Positions 8,947 to 18,597 of a stretch of DNA of 63,590 nucleotides are shown here, piece by piece; position 1 is the stretch's first letter, and every line of letters starts with the position of its first letter. A program made the position numbers and the translations under genes. The DNA comes from Clostridia bacterium (GTDB taxonomy: Bacteria > Bacillota > Sulfobacillia > SLMV01), in the NCBI GenBank assembly GCA_003551365.1, contig PUMM01000063.1, positions 1-63,590 on the forward strand. The letters are read 5' to 3'. The notes below the pieces were generated by a model, which was not told the DNA's origin, searched no databases, and was given only the letters and a program-made list of their open reading frames with translations.

Positions 8947-9990
8947 ATGAAGGGAGAAAGAGAAGAACGGGGATCCGGAGACATGACGCGGGGCCGGGCG
9001 GTGGCCATCTGTGTTCTGTTGATCGTAGTTGGGGTTCCGTTTCTGGGGGCGATCGCCGGGGGCGGATACGGCGCCAGTCCGGCAGCTGCTTCCAGTTATC
9101 CCGGCGATCCCTTTCGCCTGCCGCGCATGCTGGAGGATGAAGAACCCGAGGATGACCCGGAGGAAGAACCCAGGGTGATCCGCCGACATACCACGCAGCA
9201 CGTGCCGGCTGAGGTGATTCAGGAGGTGGCGGGATCTCTCGGGATCGACGTTCAGACCGTGATCTTTCCGACCAACTCGCACGCCATGTGGGCGCGGGGC
9301 ACGGAAGAGGCGCATGCTGAACTGCGCGACCTGCTGAACACGGCCGACGCCGCAGAGAACCACATATCTCTGGGATACGAGATGCTATCCCTGGAGTACA
9401 TCTCACCGGAGCGGGCCGTGGATCTCCTGGAGGATGTCGGCTTGGAGCTGGAGAGGTACTTCTATTTCGGCTCTGCCCTGGTGGTTCTGGATGATGAGGT
9501 TGTGAACCAGTGGGGTGAGGTGGCCGATATGCTGCAGACTTTCGATGCCCCACCCGCGCAGGAGGAAGTGATATTCACCTTCTCGCTCGAGCACCTTTCG
9601 GCGTCGGATGCCAGCGGTATCCTGGACAGCATGGGTTTCGAGGGGGTCAGTGTGCGTCCCTTCGATTATCCCGATGAGGATATAGCCCGGGAGCTGGTGG
9701 TGGTATGTCCTCCTCATCTGGAGGACCGCGTTCACTCGACGCTGGAGGACATTGATGGTCGCAGGAGCTCCATCCGTATGCCGCTGGATTCGGCGCGCGG
9801 CGAGGGGGCCCGGGACGAACTGGAGGGCAAGCGCGGACTGCTCAGCCGTCTCTCCGGCGTCTCGGACCGGGCCATGCGCATCTCGCAGAATCTGACCGGT
9901 GATGATGACGATCCATGGTACGTTCTGTGGGTGGAGGAGACGCCGGACAATATCCAGCTGCTGCAGTCGCTGCTGGATGAATTCGACTGA
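8947..9990 (+). CDS. Exported/membrane-anchored protein of about four secretin N-terminal (NolW-like) repeats, no secretin barrel
   Basis: Signal or TM segment, then repeats of the pattern L.[HY].[SP][AP]e....L...l.v.g.......i..lD; lies in the pilP/pilQ slot. Confidence 0.7.
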   Translation: MKGEREERGSGDMTRGRAVAICVLLIVVGVPFLGAIAGGGYGASPAAASSYPGDPFRLPRMLEDEEPEDDPEEEPRVIRRHTTQHVPAEVIQEVAGSLGIDVQTVIFPTNSHAMWARGTEEAHAELRDLLNTADAAENHISLGYEMLSLEYISPERAVDLLEDVGLELERYFYFGSALVVLDDEVVNQWGEVADMLQTFDAPPAQEEVIFTFSLEHLSASDASGILDSMGFEGVSVRPFDYPDEDIARELVVVCPPHLEDRVHSTLEDIDGRRSSIRMPLDSARGEGARDELEGKRGLLSRLSGVSDRAMRISQNLTGDDDDPWYVLWVEETPDNIQLLQSLLDEFD

Positions 9991-10015
9991 GCGGGACGGG
10001 GTCGTGGACGCAAAA

Positions 10016-10861
10016 CTACCCCAGCCACCAATCGAGTATCTGCTCTCCCCAGAAGAGCGTCAGGAGGAATCCGAGGGAGAGGAAGGGGCCGAACGGGACG
10101 GCAGGTCGCCCGTTGATGATGGTCATGCCCAGTATGCGTTGGGTGATCTCGGGCTCCTCTGATTCGAGGTCGATTTTCACTCCGTCGATGGAGCCGAGTT
10201 CGCGGCGAAAGAGCAGCATAACCACCCCTGCGAATACTAGAGCACTGATGGAGCCCAGCAGGATGGCCGGGACCAGCGGCAGGGGACCCAGCGCCGTTCC
10301 CATGAAGGCGCCCAGTTTGACGTCCCCCATACCCATTCCGGCTCCGCGGGTGGCGAGCAACAGAAGCAGGAAGAGACCGGCGCCCATCACCGCGCCCGCG
10401 ATGGCCTGGGTGGGAGACGGCCCGTAGGGATCCAGCCGCAGTGCCGCGGAGAGTGCGGCCACTCCCAGTGACGGCAGAACCACCACATTGGGGATGATGG
10501 TATGGTCAAAATCAATGGCCGCGATCAGTATGGCACTGGTCCCGTAGGCCACGTAGATTAGACCGGCGACCGGGTCAGGGCTGACGTGCAGGTAGGTGCC
10601 TATGAAGAGGGCGACCGTAGCCAGCTCCACCAGGAAGTAGCGGGGAGAGATCCGGACCGAGCAGTGGCGGCAGCGGCCGGACAGACCGATATAGCTCAAT
10701 AGCGGGATCAGGTCGATGGTAGTGAGCTGCGCGGCGCAGCTGGGGCACCTGCTCCGTCCGCTGATCGATTCCCCTCTGGGGATGCGGTGGATGAGCATGT
10801 TGCAGAAGCTGCCCCAGACGGCGCCCGCCGCAGCGGCAAATATGACGTCAAAGATTTGCAT
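10016..10861 (-). CDS. pilD: Prepilin peptidase/N-methyltransferase PilD (A24)
   Basis: GSFCN, RS.CPSC, GRCRHC, ID catalytic Asp, GMGMGDVKL, VPFGPFL. Confidence 0.95.
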   Translation of the reverse strand: MQIFDVIFAAAAGAVWGSFCNMLIHRIPRGESISGRSRCPSCAAQLTTIDLIPLLSYIGLSGRCRHCSVRISPRYFLVELATVALFIGTYLHVSPDPVAGLIYVAYGTSAILIAAIDFDHTIIPNVVVLPSLGVAALSAALRLDPYGPSPTQAIAGAVMGAGLFLLLLLATRGAGMGMGDVKLGAFMGTALGPLPLVPAILLGSISALVFAGVVMLLFRRELGSIDGVKIDLESEEPEITQRILGMTIINGRPAVPFGPFLSLGFLLTLFWGEQILDWWLG

Positions 10862-10998
10862 GTACTTGACCTCCCCATTTTGTTCCTAACCTCTTCGTCG
10901 GAGTCGGTCCGGTACCCTGCCGGAGGACCGATCGAAAGGTGCGGGAGCGGGGGATTGAACGCAAGCATATTTTGCGGTGAGAAGGGTGATGGCGACCC

Positions 10999-12708
10999 AT
11001 GGGCAGGAAACTGCGACCAAATTTCCTCGGGAAAAAGCTGGTCGACGACGGCGTTATCACGGACGAACAGCTGCGCGAGGCGCTGACCGATCAGCGCGCC
11101 CAGGGCAAGGAAAAGGACCTCCTCGGCAAGGTACTGGTGGAACAGGGTGCGTGTACGGAAGAGGACGTAGCCCGGGCCGTGGCCGAGCAGGCCAGAGTTC
11201 CCTGGGTCTCTCTGGAGGAATACCCGATCGATGCGGCGGCCACTGCCACCCTGTCGGCCGAGGATGCGGAGAAGTACAAGGCCCTGCCGGTGGCCTTCCG
11301 GGGCCGCAAGCTGGTAGTGGCCATGCGCTACCCCACAGACATTGTGGCCATGGATGACCTGCGGGCCCTCACCGGCTTCGATATTGATCCGATAGTGGTC
11401 ACGGATACCGATCTGGATCTGTTCATCGAGCGGTACGCACACCGCAGCATGGACGTTACCCAGACAGATGAAGAAGAGGAGGAACCGGATCCCGAGGATG
11501 CGTCCGGCGATGTGGTGCAGGCCGACGTCGATGATGTGCAGCGTCCCGCCGTGCAGCTGGCCAACATGATCCTGACCCAGGCGGTGCGGGACGAGGCGAG
11601 CGACATCCACATCGAGGCGCACGAGGGCTCCATGCGCATACGTTTTCGCATCGATGGAGTGCTGCACGACGTCATGCATCCCCCGCGGCGGATGCACGCT
11701 TCGCTCATATCCCGCGTCAAGATCATGGCGAGCATGGATATAGCCGAACGCCGCCTCCCGCAGGACGGCCGCATGACCCTGAACATTGAGGGGCGGGCCA
11801 TCGATGTGCGGGTGGCCTCGCTTCCCACCAGTTTCGGCGAGAGGCTGACATTGCGGCTTCTCGACCGGGGCGATCGACTGTTTACCCTGGAGGAGATGGG
11901 GATGGCCTCCGGGGCCCTGGCGCAATATGAGGACGCCATCAACCTGCCCTATGGCTTCATCCTGGTCACCGGCCCCACCGGCAGCGGCAAGTCCACCACT
12001 CTGTACGCCAGTCTCCAGGCCGTGGACAGTGTGACCAAGAACGTAATTACCGTGGAGGATCCCGTCGAGCGCCGGATGGACGAGATAAACCAGGTGCAGA
12101 TAAACCCCCGGGCCGGACTGACCTTCGCGTCCGGACTGCGCTCCATCCTGCGCTGCGACCCCGACATAGTGATGGTCGGAGAGATACGGGACAAGGAGAC
12201 AGCACAGATTGCTATAGAGGCGGCTCTGACCGGCCACCTGGTCTTTGCCACACTGCACACCAATGATGCTGCCGGTGCCGTCAGTCGCCTCACCGAAATG
12301 GAGGTGGAGCCCTACCTTACGGCCTCGTCGCTGGTATGCGTGGTGGCGCAGCGGCTGGCGCGCCGATTGTGTCTTCACTGTCGGGAACCCTACGAGATGC
12401 AGGCCGCCGAGGCGGAGGAGTTGATAGGGGTGACACCGGAGTCGGGAGAGGAGACCCTGCAGCTGTACAGGGCAAAAGAGGATGGCTGTTCGCGGTGCAG
12501 CTTCACGGGCTACCGCGGGCGCATTGGTCTGTATGAACTTCTGTCTGTTGATGAAGATATTCAGCAGCTCACGCTGGAAAGACGTTCATCCAACGAGATC
12601 AAACGAGCGGCAACCGCGGCGGGCATGAACACTCTTCGTCAGGACGGCATGCAGAAGCTGCGGGACGGGATAACTTCTGTAGAAGAGATGATGAGGGTGG
12701 TGCTATGA
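10999..12708 (+). CDS. pilB: Type IV pilus extension ATPase PilB with MshEN-type N-domain
   Basis: ASDIHIE, RLPQDGR, GPTGSGKSTTLY, DPDIVMVGEIRD, tetra-Cys CLHC...CSRC, GYRGRIG. Confidence 0.95.
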   Translation: MGRKLRPNFLGKKLVDDGVITDEQLREALTDQRAQGKEKDLLGKVLVEQGACTEEDVARAVAEQARVPWVSLEEYPIDAAATATLSAEDAEKYKALPVAFRGRKLVVAMRYPTDIVAMDDLRALTGFDIDPIVVTDTDLDLFIERYAHRSMDVTQTDEEEEEPDPEDASGDVVQADVDDVQRPAVQLANMILTQAVRDEASDIHIEAHEGSMRIRFRIDGVLHDVMHPPRRMHASLISRVKIMASMDIAERRLPQDGRMTLNIEGRAIDVRVASLPTSFGERLTLRLLDRGDRLFTLEEMGMASGALAQYEDAINLPYGFILVTGPTGSGKSTTLYASLQAVDSVTKNVITVEDPVERRMDEINQVQINPRAGLTFASGLRSILRCDPDIVMVGEIRDKETAQIAIEAALTGHLVFATLHTNDAAGAVSRLTEMEVEPYLTASSLVCVVAQRLARRLCLHCREPYEMQAAEAEELIGVTPESGEETLQLYRAKEDGCSRCSFTGYRGRIGLYELLSVDEDIQQLTLERRSSNEIKRAATAAGMNTLRQDGMQKLRDGITSVEEMMRVVL

Positions 12709-13775
12709 GCGGCAGAATAGATCTGGACGAAATACTGCAGAAGACAGTGGAGATGGACGGGTCTGACCTTCATCTGACCCCGGGGCTGCCCCCGACAGTG
12801 CGGGTGCACGGGAATCTCAACCCGCTGAACGACTACCCGGAGGTTGGAGCGGACGAATTGAGCGAGCTGCTACACTCCGTGCTGGAAAAGCACCAGGCGG
12901 AGGAACTGGAGGAGCAGTGGGAACTGGATTTTTCCCACTCAGTTTCCGGTGTGAGTCGCTTCCGGGGCAACATAATGCGGCAACGAAACAGCCTGGCCGC
13001 AGTCTTCCGGGTGGTGCCGTGGGATGTTCCGCAGCTGGACACCCTGGGGCTGCCGGATTCCATAGAGGATCTGTGCGATCTGCCGCGCGGCATGGTGCTG
13101 GTCACCGGCCCCACCGGCAGCGGCAAATCGACCACACTGGCCGCTATGGTGGGGCGGGTCAACGAAGAGCGCGGCGTGAACATAATCACCATAGAGGATC
13201 CCATCGAGTTTCTGCACAAACACCGGCGCGCCATTATCAAACAGCGCGAGGTGGGCACCGACACGCATTCCTTCGCCAATGCTCTGCGGCACGCATTGCG
13301 CCACGACCCCGACGTGCTGCTGATCGGCGAGATGCGGGACCAGGAGAGTGTGGGCATTGCACTCACTGCGGCGGAGACGGGACACCTGGTCCTGTCGTCG
13401 CTGCATACGCAGACGGCTGCACTGACCATTCACCGCATAATCGATATGTTCCCGCAGGCCATGAAGGATCAGGTCCGCGGGCAGCTGGCCGACGCCCTGC
13501 AGGGCATCGTCGCTCAGCAGCTGCTGCCGCGGGCAGATGGGCCCGGACGGGTGGTGGCAGCCGAGGTGTTCATATCTACCTCCGCGGCCCGCAATCTGAT
13601 CCGTGAGGGCAATGAACACCAGTTGAACAGCGTCCTGGAGACCGGCCGGTCCGCCGGCATGCAGACCATGGACTATTCCCTGGCCTCTCTGAATCGCAGA
13701 GGTCTGATCGATCGGGAGACCGCCCTGGCCAACTGCGTGGACCGCAATTCCCTGCAGCGGCACATGAGTATGTAG
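12705..13775 (+). CDS. pilT: Type IV pilus retraction ATPase PilT
   Basis: SDLHL, GPTGSGKSTT, EDPIEF, GEMRD, AARNLIRE (AIRNLIRE-like), GMQTMD. Confidence 0.95.
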   Translation: MSGRIDLDEILQKTVEMDGSDLHLTPGLPPTVRVHGNLNPLNDYPEVGADELSELLHSVLEKHQAEELEEQWELDFSHSVSGVSRFRGNIMRQRNSLAAVFRVVPWDVPQLDTLGLPDSIEDLCDLPRGMVLVTGPTGSGKSTTLAAMVGRVNEERGVNIITIEDPIEFLHKHRRAIIKQREVGTDTHSFANALRHALRHDPDVLLIGEMRDQESVGIALTAAETGHLVLSSLHTQTAALTIHRIIDMFPQAMKDQVRGQLADALQGIVAQQLLPRADGPGRVVAAEVFISTSAARNLIREGNEHQLNSVLETGRSAGMQTMDYSLASLNRRGLIDRETALANCVDRNSLQRHMSM

Positions 13776-13909
13776 GGAGGTTTTCTCGCTCATCCGCCGA
13801 AGATGATGGTCGTGTAGCGTGGAGTGTTGCCGGCGAGCATGATTATCATCCACTGCTCCCGGGCCGCCCTGCGGACGGGAGGGACAGCTGATTTGAGGAG
13901 GTGTGGTCG

Positions 13910-15100
13910 GTGAGCAAAATCGATGAAGCCAAAGAAATCGTCAGATCGGCAGCGGAGTCGCTGCAGGACCGGGCATGGCAGCTGGCACTGGCGATGCATG
14001 AGAATCCGGAAATCGGGCACGAGGAGAAATTTGCCGCCGAACAGCTGACGCAATTTCTGCGCGAGCAAGAGTTCGAGGTTGAGCAGGGAACAGCGGGGAT
14101 GGACACCGCCTTTCTGGCCCGCTACAGCCGGGGAGATGGCCCCACGGTGGCCATCGTTGCGGAATATGATGCCCTGCCGGGCATGGGACACGCCTGTGGG
14201 CACAACATAATCGGAGCCGCCGCAGTTCTGGCTGGTGCCGCCGTGCGGGAGGCCATGGAGAGCGGCGACGGGCCGAACGGCACAGTGCTGGTCGTCGGCG
14301 CTCCCGCAGAAGAGGGCGCCGTGGACGATGCGGGCGGCAAGGTGATCATGGCCGATGAGGGCGTCTTCGATGAGGTGGACTGTGCCATGATGATCCACCC
14401 CTCCAACGCCCATCGATCCCGCGGTTTCAGTCTGGCCCGCGAGGCCCTGGAGATCTCCTATCACGGAAAGGCAGCGCATGCCGCCTCCGCACCGGACCGC
14501 GGCCGGAACGCCCTGGACGCAGCGATACTGAGTTTCAACGCCTGGAATGCGCTGCGGCAGCACGTGACTGACGATGTGCGCATTCACGGGGTGATAACGG
14601 AGGGCGGTTCCGCTCCCAACATTGTCCCGGATTTTGCGCAGGTGCGCATGTACGTGCGGGCCGAGGACGTGGACTATCTGGATGAAGTGGTGGAGAGAGT
14701 CAAGGAGGGCGCACGAGGCGCCGCCCGGGGGGCCGGCTGTGAGGTGGAGTTCCGGCAGACGGCCAATCGTTACGCCAACCTGATCTGCAACGATCCCCTG
14801 GCCGACACCTACGCAAAGAATCTGGCATCGCTCGGCGTGTCCGTCGATGACACGCCGAGACGGGGTGGGTCCACGGATATGGGTGACGTGAGTCAGATCG
14901 TCCCTTCCATACATCCGTACGTGGCCATAGCTCCCGAGAACGTGGCGGGTCACAGCACAGAGTTTGCTGCGGCTGCCGCCAGTGATGCGGGACGAGAGGG
15001 AATGTGGCTGGGTGCTGTCAGCATGGCCATGACCGCTCTGGAATGTCTGGGCGATGAAGAGTTGTTGGATGCTGTGCGCGAGGACTTTGCGTCTGACTAG
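13910..15100 (+). CDS. M20 family amidohydrolase (ACY1L2/PM20D2-like)
   Basis: HENPE, AEYDALPGMGHACGHN, PAEEG, GSTDMGDVS. Confidence 0.9.
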   Translation: MSKIDEAKEIVRSAAESLQDRAWQLALAMHENPEIGHEEKFAAEQLTQFLREQEFEVEQGTAGMDTAFLARYSRGDGPTVAIVAEYDALPGMGHACGHNIIGAAAVLAGAAVREAMESGDGPNGTVLVVGAPAEEGAVDDAGGKVIMADEGVFDEVDCAMMIHPSNAHRSRGFSLAREALEISYHGKAAHAASAPDRGRNALDAAILSFNAWNALRQHVTDDVRIHGVITEGGSAPNIVPDFAQVRMYVRAEDVDYLDEVVERVKEGARGAARGAGCEVEFRQTANRYANLICNDPLADTYAKNLASLGVSVDDTPRRGGSTDMGDVSQIVPSIHPYVAIAPENVAGHSTEFAAAAASDAGREGMWLGAVSMAMTALECLGDEELLDAVREDFASD

Positions 15101-15108
15101 ATGGACGG

Positions 15109-15144
15109 TGCGGCCGGAGCCACCCCCATGGGACTCCGGCCGCA
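15109..15144. terminator. GC-rich hairpin between convergent genes
   Basis: TGCGGCCGGAG...CTCCGGCCGCA 11-bp stem; no clear U-tract. Confidence 0.4.
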
Positions 15145-15157
15145 GTGTATTTCCCAA

Positions 15158-16537
15158 CTACCGCGTGAGTACCGGGACCAGTTCCGGGGGTTCTTCCCCT
15201 CCATTTCCGGGATTGGCCGGATCGGTGACCTGCACATCGATGACGCTGCTTCGCTCCGTTTCTGTGTACTGTGCTTCTACCTCGATCTGGTGTCCTCCGG
15301 GTGACAATCCGGAATCCTCACAGGCCCGCAGCTGCAACTCCCACAGCGACCAACCTCCGGCTCGTCCGGCCGGCAGCAGCTGTACCTGGCTGCCCTCCGG
15401 TACAGTTGCCGTTACCTCGGTCGCACCTCCCTGCGTTTGAGCCAACACGTGAAAGTGCTTGCCCAGTGACTGCGTTTCCGGATCCACTTCCGCCTGCAGG
15501 TGCCGCCGGGACAGCTGGACCGGCACGCGAACTGCCTCAAAGGTGTTCCCATCCTGGTTTTCGGCAAATCCCCCCACGAAGTATGTCCCCGCGGCGGCGG
15601 GTGATCCGGAGTCATCATACCCGTCCCAGGTCACCTTCCCGGGTTCGCCGGACTGAGGTGCGTCGGGGAGGTGGACGATGGTTTGCCCGTTGCCATCAAT
15701 GATGTTCACCTGCCACTGCACCGTCGCCGTGTTGCGCAGCCCAGTTGCCTCTATGGACAGCTCGTCCCGATAGCCATCCCCGTCGGGATAAAAGACCGAG
15801 TAGGCCGGCTCAACCCGCATCAGGCAGCTCCGGTACAGTATAGTAACGGCCTCCGCCCGGGTGAGGGTGTCGTACATGCGCAGGGTGTCATCGTTGTAAC
15901 CGATGACCAGCCCCAGCTGCACGGCAGCCGCCACCAGACGGCGATCCCCCGGGGCGATGTGATGCTCGTCCACGTACGGGGAGAGGATGTCATCTGCATC
16001 ATCGTCGCTCAGCTGCTGCGGATAGCCGGTGAGATTCAGAGCGGCCATGATGAACTCCACGGCATCCAGTCGCCGTCCCGTCGCGTACAGGTTCAGTGTG
16101 CCTCCCGGCTCAGCGACCTCCCACTCCAGGGCCGCGGCCCGCAGCAGGCCGTAGGCCGGGTGACCGTACAGGGTCTGAGTTACAGCCAGGTCGGGCCACA
16201 GGCTGGGAGTCTGTTCGTCGGGAGCCAGTTGGAACAGTTTGCTCATCATATACAAAAGCTTCCCGCGGGTCATGGATGTGTCCGGGCGAAACTCGTAACC
16301 CATTTCCCATCCCCCGCCGGGAAGAAACACCGGAAACGGGAATCCGTTGGTCACCCCCTCCTTCCACAGGGTGTATACGTAGTGGTGTGACCAGTGACCG
16401 CAGAGATCGTGATACCAGGTGTCAGTTCCGGCCGGCCCCTCATCTCCCGGCTGCACGGCAGCTGCGCCGGATGCTCCAGCCAAAAGGATCAGGCCCGCCA
16501 GAGATGCGACAGCGATCCGCTTCAGATGCTTGCCCAT
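15158..16537 (-). CDS. S-layer homology (SLH) domain protein with FlgD-like Ig domain
   Basis: Signal peptide after GAGGAGG RBS; SLH motifs DLCGHWS, FRPDTSMTRG, IGYNDDTLR...LTRAEA; FYPDGDG...WDGYDDSG Ig motif. Confidence 0.8.
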   Translation of the reverse strand: MGKHLKRIAVASLAGLILLAGASGAAAVQPGDEGPAGTDTWYHDLCGHWSHHYVYTLWKEGVTNGFPFPVFLPGGGWEMGYEFRPDTSMTRGKLLYMMSKLFQLAPDEQTPSLWPDLAVTQTLYGHPAYGLLRAAALEWEVAEPGGTLNLYATGRRLDAVEFIMAALNLTGYPQQLSDDDADDILSPYVDEHHIAPGDRRLVAAAVQLGLVIGYNDDTLRMYDTLTRAEAVTILYRSCLMRVEPAYSVFYPDGDGYRDELSIEATGLRNTATVQWQVNIIDGNGQTIVHLPDAPQSGEPGKVTWDGYDDSGSPAAAGTYFVGGFAENQDGNTFEAVRVPVQLSRRHLQAEVDPETQSLGKHFHVLAQTQGGATEVTATVPEGSQVQLLPAGRAGGWSLWELQLRACEDSGLSPGGHQIEVEAQYTETERSSVIDVQVTDPANPGNGGEEPPELVPVLTR

Positions 16538-16577
16538 GGCAATCCTCCTCTCGCCGCCCACTCGTCCGCGCTCCACT

Positions 16578-16606
16578 CTTATATCATGCATGGTAAATAT
16601 TTGCAA
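16578..16606 (-). promoter_or_regulatory. Sigma-A promoter of the SLH gene, overlapping palindrome TATTTGCAAATA (16598-16609)
   Basis: Minus strand TTGCAA-N17-TATAAG with TG extension. Confidence 0.55.
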
Positions 16607-16620
16607 ATACCAGGAAGGAC

Positions 16621-16649
16621 TTGACAATAGGGCGCCCATTTGGAATATT
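16621..16649 (+). promoter_or_regulatory. Sigma-A promoter of the tad/cpa operon
   Basis: TTGACA-N17-AATATT with TG extension. Confidence 0.5.
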
Positions 16650-16670
16650 GTGGGTGGAGGTGATGGGAAT

Positions 16671-17396
16671 TTGTGGGTTCCGCGGCGATATCTGATACTG
16701 AGTGCAGTGGTGGGGATCGGTGTTGCTCTGGCCTGTTATTTGTATCTACTGCCGGCAGAGGCAGAGGTCCCGGTGGTGGTGGCCGGGAGCGAAATTGATC
16801 CCCACGTAAGGATTTCGCAGGACATGGTGCAGGAGGAATCAGTCCCGGCGAGTGCGGCTCATCCCCTCAGCGTCGGAGAGGTTTCCTCCGTTCTGGGGCG
16901 ATACTCGACCAGGGAGATCATGCCGGGTGAGCAGGTGCTGGCTCCGGCTCTGGTGGATGCGGGAGACCGGGAGGGCGGGCTTCCGTGGCAGGTAAAAGAG
17001 GACCACCGGGCAATGGCCGTGCCGGCATCGCCCCGCCTCGCTGTGGGCGGTGCCCTGCGGCCGGGACATCTGGTGGATGTGGTGCACTATCGGGACAGTT
17101 CGGTGTACGGGCCGGCGGTGGGACGGACTCTACTCTCTGCCGTACCGGTGCTGCAGCTGCGGGACGGGGTGGGGACGGGCTGGGATAGCGAATCCCGGGA
17201 AGCCCCGGCCACCGCAGTGCTGTCCGTAACTCCGCGGCAGGCGGAGGCTCTTGCGTACGCCATGACCACCGGGGAGATATTTCTCACCGTGAGTCCGTAC
17301 GACCCCGCGTCCGGTGATGTTTCCGACCTCGGAGTGGGTGGCGGCAATCTCTTTGGATCATCAGACGACTGCCCAGAGGGTGACTCCCATGAATGA
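16671..17396 (+). CDS. cpaB: Flp pilus assembly protein CpaB/RcpC (SAF domain)
   Basis: TM helix, VPVVVA, SAF domain, RAMAVP...VGGALRPGHLVDV, LSVTPRQAE; TTG start after GGAGGTGA. Confidence 0.88.
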   Translation: MWVPRRYLILSAVVGIGVALACYLYLLPAEAEVPVVVAGSEIDPHVRISQDMVQEESVPASAAHPLSVGEVSSVLGRYSTREIMPGEQVLAPALVDAGDREGGLPWQVKEDHRAMAVPASPRLAVGGALRPGHLVDVVHYRDSSVYGPAVGRTLLSAVPVLQLRDGVGTGWDSESREAPATAVLSVTPRQAEALAYAMTTGEIFLTVSPYDPASGDVSDLGVGGGNLFGSSDDCPEGDSHE

Positions 17397-18597
17397 TCCC
17401 GCACGCGGTGACGCCAGCGCCGGGACGGCCTGCACGGTCATATCGGACGATTTTGCCCTGCTCGGACAGCTGCAGAGGGGGCAGATGCTGCGCATAACCC
17501 GGGTCCTGCCCCATCTGCAGCGGGGACTGAACCCGCAGAGCGAGGGGGAGCTGCTCGTCGTGGATGCGGGGGTGGCCCGACGCGAGGAGATCGCCGGCTT
17601 TTTGAGCGAATCGGGGGATTTTGCCGGCAGCTTCCTGCTGGTGCGGGATGAGAATGATCTCGGCAGATGGAGCGATATGGATGCCATGGCGGTATCTGTG
17701 TCCGACTGGCTGGAGGGACCGGTGGAGGGAGAAGGACTTTCCGGAACGAGACAGATGGCATCTTCTGCGTCCGGACCTCCGCTAATCCGCAACCAGACTG
17801 TGGTGGTCTTCAGCCCCAAGGGCGGAGTGGGACGCACCACGCTGGCGGTAAATCTGGCCTGTCGGGCCCGTGATGCCCTGGGTATGAGTGCGGTACTGGT
17901 CGATCTGGATATCGGCGGGGGCGATGCAGCTGTTCATCTCAATCTCATAGAAGAGCCCACCATCATGGATCTGGCTGCCTACGGTGAGGATCTGAGTTCC
18001 GAGCAGGTGCGCGAGTTTGCCGCCGTGCACCCCGACAGCGGTCTGCACCTTCTCAGCGCGCCGGGAAGACCGGAGCTGGTCGAGTTGGCCCCGTGGCACG
18101 ATCTGGCTCCCGTCATCCGTACCTGCCAGAGAACTTACGATCTCGTGGTGATTGACACTCCGGGGGATCCGGCGTCAGAGGTGAGCTACCGGTCTCTGGA
18201 GACCGCATCGTACATACTGGCGCCCGTGCTGCCCGACCTGTGCTCCCCGCGTCGCCTGAGCGCAGCTGTGCGCACCATGGAGGAGCTGCAGTCGGGGTGG
18301 GGGGACGGCGTACGCATGGTGCTGAACCGCCATTACGAGGGAGCGCCGGTGGGCGAGGCCGATTTGAGGAGACTGGTTTCCCGGCCGCTGGTGGCCCGCT
18401 TCCCCGAGAGAGCTGAACGTCTGGTCGGGGCGATAAACCGGGGTCGCCCATTGATTCTCCGCGGGGGCGAGGAGGCGATGCGTCGGGCCGCTGATGCGGT
18501 CCTGGGCGACATATTTGGTGTTTCGGTGCAGACGGAGGAGACATCCTGGTGGCAGCGACTGGCCCGGAGATTGCCCGGGTTGCGGGGGAGGGGATGA
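17389..18597 (+). CDS. cpaE: CpaE/TadZ MinD-like pilus localisation ATPase
   Basis: Deviant Walker A FSPKGGVGRTT, VLVDLD, YDLVVIDTP. Confidence 0.85.
   Translation: MNDPARGDASAGTACTVISDDFALLGQLQRGQMLRITRVLPHLQRGLNPQSEGELLVVDAGVARREEIAGFLSESGDFAGSFLLVRDENDLGRWSDMDAMAVSVSDWLEGPVEGEGLSGTRQMASSASGPPLIRNQTVVVFSPKGGVGRTTLAVNLACRARDALGMSAVLVDLDIGGGDAAVHLNLIEEPTIMDLAAYGEDLSSEQVREFAAVHPDSGLHLLSAPGRPELVELAPWHDLAPVIRTCQRTYDLVVIDTPGDPASEVSYRSLETASYILAPVLPDLCSPRRLSAAVRTMEELQSGWGDGVRMVLNRHYEGAPVGEADLRRLVSRPLVARFPERAERLVGAINRGRPLILRGGEEAMRRAADAVLGDIFGVSVQTEETSWWQRLARRLPGLRGRG

Noticed and set aside
10006-10020. GGACGCAAAACTACC resembles a c-di-GMP-I riboswitch core within the pil cluster
   Set aside because: No upstream GGCAAA/GAAA hairpin, it overlaps the pilD stop codon, and it is not in a leader.
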